A DNA stretch of 64,000 nucleotides, taken from contig CM074812.1 of the NCBI GenBank assembly GCA_037447605.1, forward strand, positions 2,108,001-2,172,000. The letters are read 5' to 3'. Under the pieces are notes generated by a model, which saw nothing but the letters and a program-made list of their open reading frames with translations, searched no databases and was not told where the DNA came from. This stretch comes from Zygnema circumcarinatum SAG 698-1b. Lineage: Eukaryota > Plantae > Zygnematophyceae. Shown here in pieces: positions 35,870 to 48,083 of this stretch. The translations under genes and the position numbers were made by a program. Each line of letters opens with the position of its first letter. Within the stretch, counting starts at the first letter, position 1.

Positions 35870-36216
35870 CCCCTGAACCCAAAACCCTAGACCCTATACC
35901 CTATAGACCTCAGGGCCTGGACCCTGGACCCTAGGGCCTAGGGTCTAGGCCCCTATGCACTAGAACCTAGGCCCTATACCCTAGGCCATAGTCCATATAT
36001 ACTAGACCCGAGACCCTAGACCCTATGCCCTAGACCCTATGCCCTAGACCCTATACCCTATAGACCTCAGGGTCTGGACCCTAGGGCCTAGGGTCTAGGC
36101 CCTATGCCCTAGGCCGTAGACCATATATACTACACCCTCGACCCTAGACCCTATGCCCTAGACCCTAAGCCCTAAGCTCTAGGCCCTAGACCCTATCCCC
36201 TAAACCCTAAACCCTA
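35870..36216. repeat. Degenerate telomere-like heptamer array (ccctaga/ccctata/ccctaaa) abutting the MYB stop codon
   Basis: 7-bp periodic CCCTAnn units; the most canonical units are next to the gene. Confidence 0.8.
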
Positions 36217-38977
36217 ATGCATTTCTAGCGCTTGTGGGGAGAGCACGGAGCGAGCATTGTCTAGGATCCATGAGACCGCATCAAATCTTGGACTCGCCAA
36301 AAGCGCCGCCAAGTTCGGCGACTCCAAGGGCCGCCCATAGATGGGTTCGGGCGTGGCCAAGCTTCGGCCCAAGTCTGGAAGTCCCACATCGTTAGAGAAT
36401 TCGACGGCTCTCAAATAGGGTCGCTCCACCTTCACATACATTGGCTTATTGCTGTGACAGTTCCGTTGGCCGTTCCGTTGGACGGATTGGAGCTGAACTG
36501 CGGCGCCATGGAACGTGCTCGTGGCGGCGCCTCCTTCTTGGGAGGGAGAGGAGGTCTTTTTTGGGGTCTCCTCAGTCACAACTTTTCGGGGTTCATTTGA
36601 GATGTGGTGGTTTTCTTGCTCAGCTTCTCTCGACTGCGATTCTATGTCGTCGAGCGCAACGGGCGACTGAACAAGATACTGATCCATGGCCATGGAAACC
36701 TCCGGTCCAAGGAACAATGATTGCTGTTGACTCTGGTCAACAACAGGGAGCATGTGAAGGTGGCTATGGTGTGTTGATGAAGCCATGTGGGATGCATGAG
36801 GCATAGGAGAAATGAGCATACATGTGGGGTCGTTTAACGGAACGGAAACCTCGTCAACTGTGGAGACAGCCATGTCATGTAGCCAGGAAGTGTACGGACA
36901 TTCCTGTGTGACCAAATCCTGGGTGGAGTCTTCACTTGTGAACTGCCCCACAAAGTCAGGAGATCCATTTTCCCCTCCGAGCCCTGAACCCTGAATGGCC
37001 CCTTGACTGCACAATGTAGTGAACATGGGGTTCAGGGGACTCAGAGCGGTGATGTTCCGTGTTGCAGAAACTCCGTTAGGGTTTTCTCCCCCCTTCGTGA
37101 AGCAAGCAGCCATGAGATCTGAAGGCATACATTCCCTCAGAGCGGAGCACATTCCTGTGGGAGAAGCCAAAATCTGCTCCCACACTCTTCTTGCTTCTTG
37201 AAGATGTCTCTGCTTCCGAATTTCCGGCCCCTCCTCCTCCGCTAGCCGACAACGAAGGTTGACTTCTTGAGATTCTTGGAATGGAGCCATGGCTGCCACT
37301 GTAACTGCTTTCTCTCCCACTCTCGCAGTGACTACTCCTCCTGCTAATGCTGGGGGGGGGGCTTGGCAGCCATGGCTGATCGTAGCGGAAGCTTGTAAAG
37401 GGAGAGGCTCCGTCTTGCAGTTGACTAAAGGGGAGGGAGAGAGAGAGGGAGAGGGAGTGGGAGAGGACGAGGAGCCTCCGGGAGGCCGTACAGTCACCAT
37501 ACTTGAGCCGGTATCCATGACAGCCGCTTCAAAGTTAACAAAAGTTGTTGGACGGGCCCCATCATTTGACTCGCAAGTCATTGACTTTGAAGTACACACA
37601 GGTGTTCCTGCCACCCTTGTTGCTCTTTTCCATCGCTCCCTCTCTCTCTCCAAATCTCTCTCCCTCTCTCTCTTCTCCCTCTCCTTCCCACTCCCAATCT
37701 CCGTCGAGCAACCGAACGTCTCTGTCACACTCACGCTTCCTCCTCCTCCTCCTCCTCCTCTCCATCCTCCTCCCGCTTCTCTCTCTGATCTCTCTCTCTC
37801 TTCCTTCACCTGCCGCGGCCCCTCCCCACTGTGCACGCTCTGCCTCCGCATGGCTCGTTTTCTATGCGAATTCCAAAAATTCTTTATTGTGTTATCGGAT
37901 CTGCCCGGCAACATGGAAGCCATGAGAGCCCACTTGTTCCCATGAATGCTCTGCAGTTCGATCACCTTCCGCTGCTCTTCTTCTGTGAGAGGACCGCTCC
38001 GTATTGCGGGACTCAAATGCTTCACCCATCGCAGCCGACAGCTCTTACCGCTTCTGCAGAAACAGGAGGACGAAGAATGCGTTAGAACATAACTATGTAC
38101 ATGTAAATATGAATGTTAAGAAAAACTATAAAAATGAAAGCATGATTCGGAGAAGAAAGGAGGGGAGATAGAAGCACCTGTTGAGACCGCTTTTGAGTGC
38201 AATTGTGGACCAGTTTCCCTCCTTGAAGCGCTGCACGCACAGCGCAAGCACCGCATCCTCCTCCGCCGTCCACAGCCCCTGCTATTAAATAAAACCGTGA
38301 ACCGCTCTCTTAGAATGTATTAAGAAATGTCTCTCTCACTTTCCACCCCCTCCCTCTCCATTTTATCTCCCTCCCTCCCCCAACTCTCCACTCCTAACTT
38401 ACTCCCAGCCTTTTTCCCCTTCAGCTCTCTCTTCTCGCCGAGCCATCCCAAGCCCCTTCCTCCTTCTCTCCCCTAATGTCTTCCCCCTAGACTGTTCCTC
38501 TATCCCTTAGCCTCTACTCTCCTTCTCTCTTCATTTTGTACTCTTATCTCCCCTCTTGGCTTCAAACTCCCCCCCCTCACTCGTCCTCCCAACCTCTCCC
38601 TCTCGCTCTCTCTGTCTCTCTCACTCCCTGCCTCCATTCCTCTTCTCCCCTCTCCCTCCTCGCACTTCCCCTCCTCACTTCCTCCCTCCCTTCCTCTTCT
38701 CCCCTCTCCCTCCTCGCTCTCCCCCTCCTCTCTTCCTCCCTCCCTCCCTCCCTTCCTCTTCTCCCCTCTCCCTCCTCGCTCTCCCCCTTCTCTCTCCCTC
38801 CTTCCCTCCCTCCCTTCCTCCCCTCCCATCTCCCTCCTCACCCATACTCTATCTCCCACCCTCTCTCTCCCATCGAAACATCACATTTCTGCATGAGACA
38901 GAGAAGCAAAGTACCTTCTTGAGCTCGTCAGAGGCCCCTCCGCTGGCAGCCTCGCTCGTTTCTTGGGAGCTTTCCAT
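36214..38977 (-). CDS. R2R3-MYB transcription factor (GAMYB/DUO1-related)
   Basis: Exons 38915-38977, 38178-38278 and 36214-38053 give ...LKKGLWTAEEDAVL...[30 protein letters not shown]...VIELQSIHGNKWALMASMLPGRSDNTIKNFWNS, followed by a long low-complexity C-terminus. Confidence 0.9.
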
Positions 38978-39400
38978 CGTTCATTTGAGCGCTTCCACTT
39001 GCTCACAAAATACGGGACCGCCGCTCCATGCTGCAACTTGCGACAGTTCCGTTCCGTTCAGTTCCGTTCCGTTCTGTTCCGTCCAGTTCCGTTTCAGCGC
39101 CCTGCCATGGAACCGCAAGTTTCTGTGAGGCATGGAATGGAGCCGCATGGCTTTCTTTTTTTTTTTTTTTCATTTGAAGTGATAATTTGAGGCAGCGTGA
39201 ATGTGAAATGAAATGTTGTTAAGGTTTGCGGAGAGGATGACTTTTCAGTTGAAAAATTATAAAGGAAAGAAATAAATTTTATGATTATATTATTTAAGTA
39301 TAGGAGAATTTTTCAAGGAAAGAATAAATAGAATTGTAGTTTGGCAGGGCGAACGAAGAGGAGGGAACGAAAACTTAGAGAGAAGGAGAGAGAAATATGA

Positions 39401-39442
<42 letters not shown>

Positions 39443-42400
39443 GAGAGATAACGCACCCCGCATGGAATTCACTATTTGAATGAGTACGCTCGGGGCAAAA
39501 AAATAACTTTCCTCTCGAATAAAATTTCCTCACGATACGACCACAGAAAATTGGTACGAGGAGAGAGGGAGAGGAGGATAGGGAGGAGGAGAGAGATATG
39601 GATTGAGCGAGGGAAAGAGAGAGAGACAGAGGAAAATGGAGAGGGTGTGAGTTAGAGAGAGAAAGGGAGAAAGGGGCAGAGAGAGGGAGAGAGAGAATTA
39701 GGGATATGGAGAGAGGAGGAGAGAGCGGGAGAGAGGATTAGAATGAGGGAGAGAGGAGAGAGAGGGAGATAGGGAGGGATGGAGAGAGGGAGGGAGAGAG
39801 AGAGGGAGAGGTTGAGAGAGAGAATGTGATAGAGAGAGGGAGAGGGAGAGAGAGAGAGAGAATAAGGAAGAGAGAGGGTGAGAGAGAGCGGGAGAGAAAG
39901 AGGGAGAGAGAGAAAGGGGGATATTGAGGGAGGGGGAGAGAGAGGGAGAGAGTATTAGAAAAGGGGAGGGATGAGAGAGGGAGATAGAGAGGGAGGGAGA
40001 GAGAGGGAGAGAGAGAGGGAGAGAGAGAGAGAGCGGGGAGGCAGAGGAGCGCGGGCAGCGACCGGCGGGTTCGCGCTCTAAGGAGTGGACCGCCCATTGA
40101 CTTTTGGCCTCAGCTCGTCCGTACAGATTCGGACAACGAAAGTACCGGGGGCGGCGGGACCCACCGTCTGACGGAAGTACCGTACAGGTTTGTCGTTTAG
40201 GGACTTCCATAAGTCGCCGATTCTGTCGCATGGCCGCAAGACATTGGCTGACGACCGCGTCGCAGAGGTGTACGAGATCGCAGGGCGAACCGAAACTGGC
40301 GTACGGTCAGGGATGGATAATTTGAACCCAGAAAAAATCAGGCCGTTTAATAAAACGCTTTTTGGAACGATTGTACAATAGTACGGCCAAACGGTCGTAC
40401 GGCCTGCTTAGCGCCAATTGCCAATTGTACGACCGTACGTAACGTTCAATCCTAACGGTCGTACGTCCATTCAAGAAGAGTTTCAAAACTCTGGAACTTT
40501 CAGATATTAGAACATTCTAATTCTGAAATATAACTTTTTGCCTTTCCTATGTACGGTACGGTTATATGTGACAGAAAATGTACGTCTAACGACGAAATGT
40601 GTACGGAGATCGTCAGTTGCGGTCCGTCGGTCAACTGTCCGCGGCGGCGAGCGAACCGGCCGCGCTGCTGCGGTTACCGTCCGTCGGTTTGCTTCATACG
40701 GACAGTACTGTTTTTTTCTTTTTCGCAGATTTTTACATTTAACGGCACATATATGAGAGAGTGAATATTCACAAAAAGATTTTTTGAAGATACGGGGCAG
40801 GAAATCACTTTTTCCTGCACTAACCAATGGGGACATGACACGTGCATATTTGGATGACGTGGCGAGTTGTACTTGTACAATAGATGGATAGATTCGGAAT
40901 CGAAGAAATGTTCGCAGAGATTTGCTTCCGGAATAGGATCGGGAAATGGTCGGTGTCGATCCGTGAACTTGGGCTCCGTCAATGGAGTCCTCATGGATAT
41001 CAGTCTTAGTACCTGATGTTTAGAATCTCTCATCTGATTGGATGACATCAGTTGTGGATCCAGAATTCTACCCGGATCTACTCCCCGTTGATCCGTACTC
41101 ACTCGTATTCCGTACGATGCAGTTGGCGGGTGACACTTCCGATCACAGTGACGCCTTGGACATGACGTGACATGACGCTACGTGACGTGAGGTGACGTGA
41201 CGTATCTTCACTACGGTGCCAAACCGTCGTTAACTTCCCGAATCCTTTACCACAAATCAGCGTCTGCCACGTGGCATTGATTTTTACAGTAATTACGTCA
41301 GCATGTCGATTTTCTGTATTTTTGTGCGAGGATGATATTTAGGTCGCTCCAGAATTTTGACATATTCGTCCTCAAGTTCGAGCATAAAAATAATACATTG
41401 CAAGACGCCAAGTGTACTGAATGTATGTTCCTAGATGCTATGTACTTCGTTTGAACAAATATTTCATGAATAAAGTCAAAGGCACAATCTACGTATTAAA
41501 TTCAGACATGAATATGCTTCGCTACCGATACGACAAAACCTATTTCAATTATCACAGAAACGACAATAATTTGTCCTAAACATCCTGGCGATTCAGAGCT
41601 CTCCACGTGTAATGTTTTGTCGTTGTTAGTAAAATATCTACAAGCGTTGACTGGATTTTGACCGTCGTTCAGTTGCTCTTGTTTTGGCGACTCGTCCGGT
41701 TCTAAACGAATGGGCGTCGCCGCTTCATGCTGTTTCCTGCGACTGGTCGTGAACTGGAACTGATAATACCGGAACTGTCGAGCTTGACACATGTGTCGGC
41801 ACGGAGCGGTTCTGGTTGCGATCCTCCTCATCCAACGGCTCGGCATGTGCCACGTGGCACATTACTTTCACTTGATGATCGACGGCCTCAAATTCGCCAC
41901 GTCACCTTTTAAGAGGTCCATTCGACTGCCACGTTAGCAGGAGCCTCCACCAATCTGGACGTTTCACGTCACCCAAGTTGCTGTCGTGGCGGATGCCTAT
42001 TGGCTTTTGATCGCTTGGAGACAGGCGAATGGTTGTTGTGGACGGCTTGTGATTCTTGTTGCGTAGCGATGTAACCGTAAAAACCCTAAGGAAATCTTGA
42101 ATCTCGACCGTCGATATTCCAGTTGAGCAGCCTCAAACGCCAAGATAGCATGGATCCAACCCTCAAAAGCAAACTTAAAAGCAGGTGGAAACACTTTCCG
42201 GGCAGCGACCGACATTCGGCGTAACTATGCTATTTCTTCTCGAATCAGCTAAGAACTTTTAAAATAAAAGTCGTTTTTTCCGCGCCTGGCGACGCCCTCG
42301 TCAACCGGCTGCCAGGTCAGCGCAGCATATAGTGTGATTCGCTCGTAGATTCTGTGCAGCCACGTCAGCCCTAGGTACGGCCATCACTGCCGCGGGCCGC

Positions 42401-42544
42401 GCCGACAACGCGCTGCGTTCGAGGCCGCGCGGGGACGCGTCCGACGAAGAACACGACGAAGAAGACTGAAAGGACAAAAGTCGGAGTGACCCGCTCGCTC
42501 GCCGACAAAGTTCGACGACCATCAACTTCCAGTCTTGTCGCCAT

Positions 42545-42931
42545 TAGGGATGGCCCGCGTTATAAAGTCCAACTATATTATATACTTTACAACGGGTTTA
42601 AAAGTAGTAATATAGTACAAAGTAAAACACTTTATTACATATATTATACCCACTCGTTTTGAACAATTAACGACCGTACGACCGTACTCGTACGTTCGTA
42701 CGGTCGTACCATACCAAAATTAGGTCGTTTTGGCGTTGGCGTTGCGAAATGCGTCCGTCTGGTTCACTCTGTCTGCTCGTGCATCCGTACCGCATAATAC
42801 CGTACAGTCGTTCGACCGTACGACCGTACATGTTGTAAAGGCGTTGTAAATTAATATATATCAGCCGTTATCTAGTCGTCACAGTTGTATAATATAATAT
42901 ATAATATATAGTCGTAACTAATCCATCCCTA
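42545..42931. mobile_element. Possible non-autonomous hAT-like element (copy at about 44569-44956)
   Basis: Termini tagggatgg...ccatcccta (Ac/Ds-like TAGGGATG), AT-rich inverted subterminal arms and internal cgaccgta repeats. No 8-bp TSD found. Confidence 0.4.
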
Positions 42932-43060
42932 CTCACGATGGCGCGGCCATCCAACATACGTGGACAAAGTCAGCATGGGGAACCACGAGCTGGTCGCTAT
43001 CAATCACTAGTCAATCGACCTATTCAATCAGTGTCAATCAATCGCAAGTCTCCATCAATA

Positions 43061-43260
43061 GGGGGAGTCAGACCTTGACCATCGCCAAATCGATTTCGAA
43101 AGCCTGTCCGGCGAATTAAGTATTGGCTAGGTACGCATTTCGGTACGGCTGGGCTTGGCGGAGCCGCGGATCCCAACCCGGAACTCGTACACGAAAGAAG
43201 TGACTTTTAGTATAAGGAATTCGGGAATTTCGTAAGCGATTGTCAAGGTCTGACTCCCAC
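43061..43260. mobile_element. 200-bp MITE with TA target duplication (copy at 45086-45285)
   Basis: ~25-bp TIR g[g/t]gggagtcagaccttgac[c/a]atcgc with 2 mismatches, flanked by TA on both sides. Confidence 0.75.
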
Positions 43261-46200
43261 TAATTTTCTTGTCGCTATTGCTAATCGTGACGACTAGAAT
43301 TTGCAGACCGCACCTTTCCGCGTTGACCTAACTACAGTAACTGTACGGGGTCAAGCGTACGGTACGGCGCAGGCTTGGGCGTGGTACAAAGGCGCCCTCT
43401 CCCTCACTCTCACGCACCCACGCCTCTTTCTCGCTCCCTCTCCCTCTCGCCCTCTCACGCCCCTCTCTCTCTCTCTCTTACTCACTCACTTTCTCTCTCA
43501 CTTTCTTTCTTTCTGGGCCGGCACGCAATGTCCATCTCAATGACAGGTTCTGGGCCCGCGCTCGCACACAATACGTTAGAAAAGTTTGATGGGACTAATT
43601 GGCTCGACTGGAAATCGCAATGTCAGCGTTTTTTTGAGGAGGAGGAGCTTTGGTCCATAGTTAACGGTACAGAGAATACGCCTGCGCCACCTGCTGCCGA
43701 TGCTTGTACTGCAGCGGACATGGCCGCGTGGGAAAAGGAGATGGAGGCGTGGCTGACCCGCGACGAGAGGGCCTTAAGGTGCATCTCCCGCGCCATTCCC
43801 CGCAGTCAAGTTGGGCCCATTCGGGAGGCCGCATCCTCCCACGAGGCATGGNNNNNNNNNNGGCTCGGCATGTGCCACGTGGCACATTACTTTCACTTGA
43901 TGATCGACGGCCTCAAATTCGCCACGTCACCTTTTAAGAGGTCCATTCGACTGCCACGTTAGCAGGAGCCTCCACCAATCTGGACGTTTCACGTCACCCA
44001 AGTTGCTGTCGTGGCGGATGCCTATTGGCTTTTGATCGCTTGGAGACAGGCGAATGGTTGTTGTGGACGGCTTGTGATTCTTGTTGCGTAGCGATGTAAC
44101 CGTAAAAACCCTAAGGAAATCTTGAATCTCGACCGTCGATATTCCAGTTGAGCAGCCTCAAACGCCAAGATAGCATGGATCCAACCCTCAAAAGCAAACT
44201 TAAAAGCAGGTGGAAACACTTTCCGGGCAGCGACCGACATTCGGCGTAACTATGCTATTTCTTCTCGAATCAGCTAAGAACTTTTAAAATAAAAGTCGTT
44301 TTTTCCGCGCCTGGCGACGCCCTCGTCAACCGGCTGCCAGGTCAGCGCAGCATATAGTGTGATTCGCTCGTAGATTCTGTGCAGCCACGTCAGCCCTAGG
44401 TACGGCCATCACTGCCGCGGGCCGCGCCGACAACGCGCTGCGTTCGAGGCCGCGCGGGGACGCGTCCGACGAAGAACACGACGAAGAAGACTGAAAGGAC
44501 AAAAGTCGGAGTGACCCGCTCGCTCGCCGACAAAGTTCGACGACCATCAACTTCCAGTCTTGTCGCCATTAGGGATGGCCCGCGTTATAAAGTCCAACTA
44601 TATTATATACTTTACAACGGGTTTAAAAGTAGTAATATAGTACAAAGTAAAACACTTTATTACATATATTATACCCACTCGTTTTGAACAATTAACGACC
44701 GTACGACCGTACTCGTACGTTCGTACGGTCGTACCATACCAAAATTAGGTCGTTTTGGCGTTGGCGTTGCGAAATGCGTCCGTCTGGTTCACTCTGTCTG
44801 CTCGTGCATCCGTACCGCATAATACCGTACAGTCGTTCGACCGTACGACCGTACATGTTGTAAAGGCGTTGTAAATTAATATATATCAGCCGTTATCTAG
44901 TCGTCACAGTTGTATAATATAATATATAATATATAGTCGTAACTAATCCATCCCTACTCACGATGGCGCGGCCATCCAACATACGTGGACAAAGTCAGCA
45001 TGGGGAACCACGAGCTGGTCGCTATCAATCACTAGTCAATCGACCTATTCAATCAGTGTCAATCAATCGCAAGTCTCCATCAATAGGGGGAGTCAGACCT
45101 TGACCATCGCCAAATCGATTTCGAAAGCCTGTCCGGCGAATTAAGTATTGGCTAGGTACGCATTTCGGTACGGCTGGGCTTGGCGGAGCCGCGGATCCCA
45201 ACCCGGAACTCGTACACGAAAGAAGTGACTTTTAGTATAAGGAATTCGGGAATTTCGTAAGCGATTGTCAAGGTCTGACTCCCACTAATTTTCTTGTCGC
45301 TATTGCTAATCGTGACGACTAGAGAATTTGCAGACCGCACCTTTCCGCGTTGACCTAACTACAGTAACTGTACGGGGTCAAGCGTACGGTACGGCGCAGG
45401 CTTGGGCGTGGTACAAAGGCGCCCTCTCCCTCACTCTCACGCACCCACGCCTCTTTCTCGCTCCCTCTCCCTCTCGCCCTCTCACGCCCCTCTCTCTCTC
45501 TCTCTTACTCACTCACTTTCTCTCTCACTTTCTTTCTTTCTGGGCCGGCACGCAATGTCCATCTCAATGACAGGTTCTGGGCCCGCGCTCGCACACAATA
45601 CGTTAGAAAAGTTTGATGGGACTAATTGGCTCGACTGGAAATCGCAATGTCAGCGTTTTTTTGAGGAGGAGGAGCTTTGGTCCATAGTTAACGGTACAGA
45701 GAATACGCCTGCGCCACCTGCTGCCGATGCTTGTACTGCAGCGGACATGGCCGCGTGGGAAAAGGAGATGGAGGCGTGGCTGACCCGCGACGAGAGGGCC
45801 TTAAGGTGCATCTCCCGCGCCATTCCCCGCAGTCAAGTTGGGCCCATTCGGGAGGCCGCATCCTCCCACGAGGCATGGCATCTTCTCGCCTAGAGTTACG
45901 AGTCTCAGAGTTTGTCTCAGAAGCGTCGAAGTTGGCGAGCCTACACCGACTGCATGAAGGACCCTTCTGAAACCATAATTGACTATGTTGGTCGCATCAA
46001 AGCGCAGAGCATAGACTATGGGGTCCGTGATGATGAGACTATTTGGACTCTTTTGAGCGGCTTGCCAGAATCTTCCCAGCCGTTCATCTTGTCCATGGGT
46101 TCTCCCTCAGATTCACTTATCGTCACTGAGTTGATCGACCTTTTGGTGGAAAAAGAAAAGCGTCTGGTGGAAGAAGGAGAGGAAACCGGGACTGTCAAGC

Positions 46201-46776
46201 ATGGCATCATGCGCGGCATTTCGAAAATCATCGACTTTGGCTGCATGGCGGGAGCAAGTTTTGCTATTGCCTTTCATATAAAGGACTGGGTTGTAGCGCA
46301 TTTGGACCTAAATAACCGCGGCGCCTCCATACCTATCTACATACTTCAAGTCCTCTCCACGCTTCTCTTTTTATTCTCATTCATTCGCTTCTACGTCTGC
46401 GTGTTAAAGCCTGAGAAAAAAGCCGATTGGGACATGTTTTCTGAACACCACGACGAAAAGGAGCTTCAATCCACTCTGAACCTCGTTTTGGGACTGGCCT
46501 CTAAAATCACCTCCGCTCTCTTTGGGTTCACGGAATACGTCGGAGATTTTCCTTTGTTGTTCGCAAACGCACAGCTTGTGACGCTTCAAAGCTGCATGAC
46601 CTTGCTGCTGGTGGTCATCTGCGAGTTGGACTTGGCCAATATGCTGAACGCGGCGGCTGCGGGTATAGGCTACGTGGCGTACCTCCTCTCCACTTCCGAG
46701 AAGCTGAGAAAATATGACGCCTTGGGGAGGAATTGTAACGAACGGTATACATGGAGTGTATGACCTAGTACTTACA

Positions 46777-46851
46777 TCCGCGGTTGCCTTTTAATGGTAA
46801 AGCACTTAGGTGGATACCGGGAGGTCTTGAGTTCAAACCTTGTTGGAGGCG
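46777..46851 (+). other. tRNA-derived Pol III promoter-like segment inside the TRIM LTR (second copy 59204-59278)
   Basis: A-box/D-arm-like tgccttttaatggtaaagca, variable-loop-like aggtc, and B-box/T-arm gagttcaaacc at tRNA spacing. Stems are imperfect, so this is not a functional tRNA. Confidence 0.7.
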
Positions 46852-48083
46852 GGTTTGTTACATTGGTATCAGAGCCAAGGACTGGTATTTGCAATCCACC
46901 CTAAAAACACCGTGATCTCTGAGCATGGTACGGTTGGCCAGAGGGTGTGAACTGTACATACTGCCATGTGTTAAAGGAGCTTGAACGCGCTCGTGAAAAC
47001 CCTTGGGCATGGTGCTGGGGGCGAGCCGGTTTAGTGGGGAGGAATGCCAGCGAGCATACATGGGTGTATGACCTAGTCTAACTACTTGTTAGTGCGAGGG
47101 GGCTCACTCCATTTCTTTGCCGTCAGTTCCTCGTTGGGTCACCCTCCCGTGAGTTAAGCGTTCAATCGGCGATGACATCTTCAAATCCCTGCTTCACTCA
47201 TAGCCCATTTTACTCGCGAGTGAATCCGCGGCAATAATACGGCGGAATGAGAGAAATGAATAGGAAGCTCACGGCTCTAAAACTCATGTAGGTAATTCAC
47301 TTTCGTACATTGAGACCCCCCTCTCCGTCGGCCGCAAGTAATCTCACGACTCACTTACCTCACGGCCTGGCGAGTAAGTGTAGTGTACTTAACCTGGCAG
47401 GGCAGCATACTTGAGACTACTACGGCTGAATGAATTGTTACCCGCGCAACAAAAGCTAATCGCCAAATGCTTATGTCCTTGCACACGTGACAACAACATC
47501 ACTCACAGACTAACAACATCGACTAGCGGCCTGCAAGGGCCCTCCCTATCCCGATCCTAATCCTGCGCCGTCGGATCATAAATAGACTCCACGGATCCAG
47601 CCTTTTAAACTTCGTCGGATCCGGCTTCGACCTTCCGGATTCGATCAGCGTCTTTAGCGCGTGGGATCTGACCCGCCTCCAAGATGTGGCGTGTAATCCT
47701 GCAGCGTCGTCTCGCGCCACCCCGACAATTGACGCAGCTCCATTACAGTTGTTCCTGAATCAGCGCCGACAATTTGGCGCCGCGTATCGCGTCAGTCCGT
47801 CGGCCAATCAAAGGTTGGCGGCAGCGCTGCGTTAGTTTTTGGTCAGCTGGCGCGCAGTTTACGTCACGTCCACATCTTCAATTAAGCTCAGCGGCGCGTC
47901 GCGCATCCGTCCCCGATTCGTCGCGTCAGCGCCCTCGTCCGCCAGCTCCGCCCGGCGCCCATCTCCCAGCGACCAAAGTCCATTACCTCCAGCGGGTCGG
48001 TCTATTTTATAAGCCAAGGGAGCCACACACACCTAACCTGCGCACACAAAACCCCAATGTCCCAACAACAACTTGTCTAGTGA

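Larger units (their letters stand above)
41837..45878. repeat. ~2.0-kb near-identical direct duplication flanking an N gap
   Basis: 41837-43851 is repeated at 43862-45878. The only difference I saw is a 2-bp indel near 45321. Probably a haplotype/assembly artefact. Confidence 0.9.

Noticed and set aside
41837-45878. Real tandem duplication giving a second Gag-TM gene at 43528
   Set aside because: Near-identical copies meet at a 10-N gap, typical of unmerged contig overlap or haplotypes.
46777-46851. Functional tRNA gene
   Set aside because: Acceptor, anticodon and T stems are mismatched and the segment lies inside an LTR.
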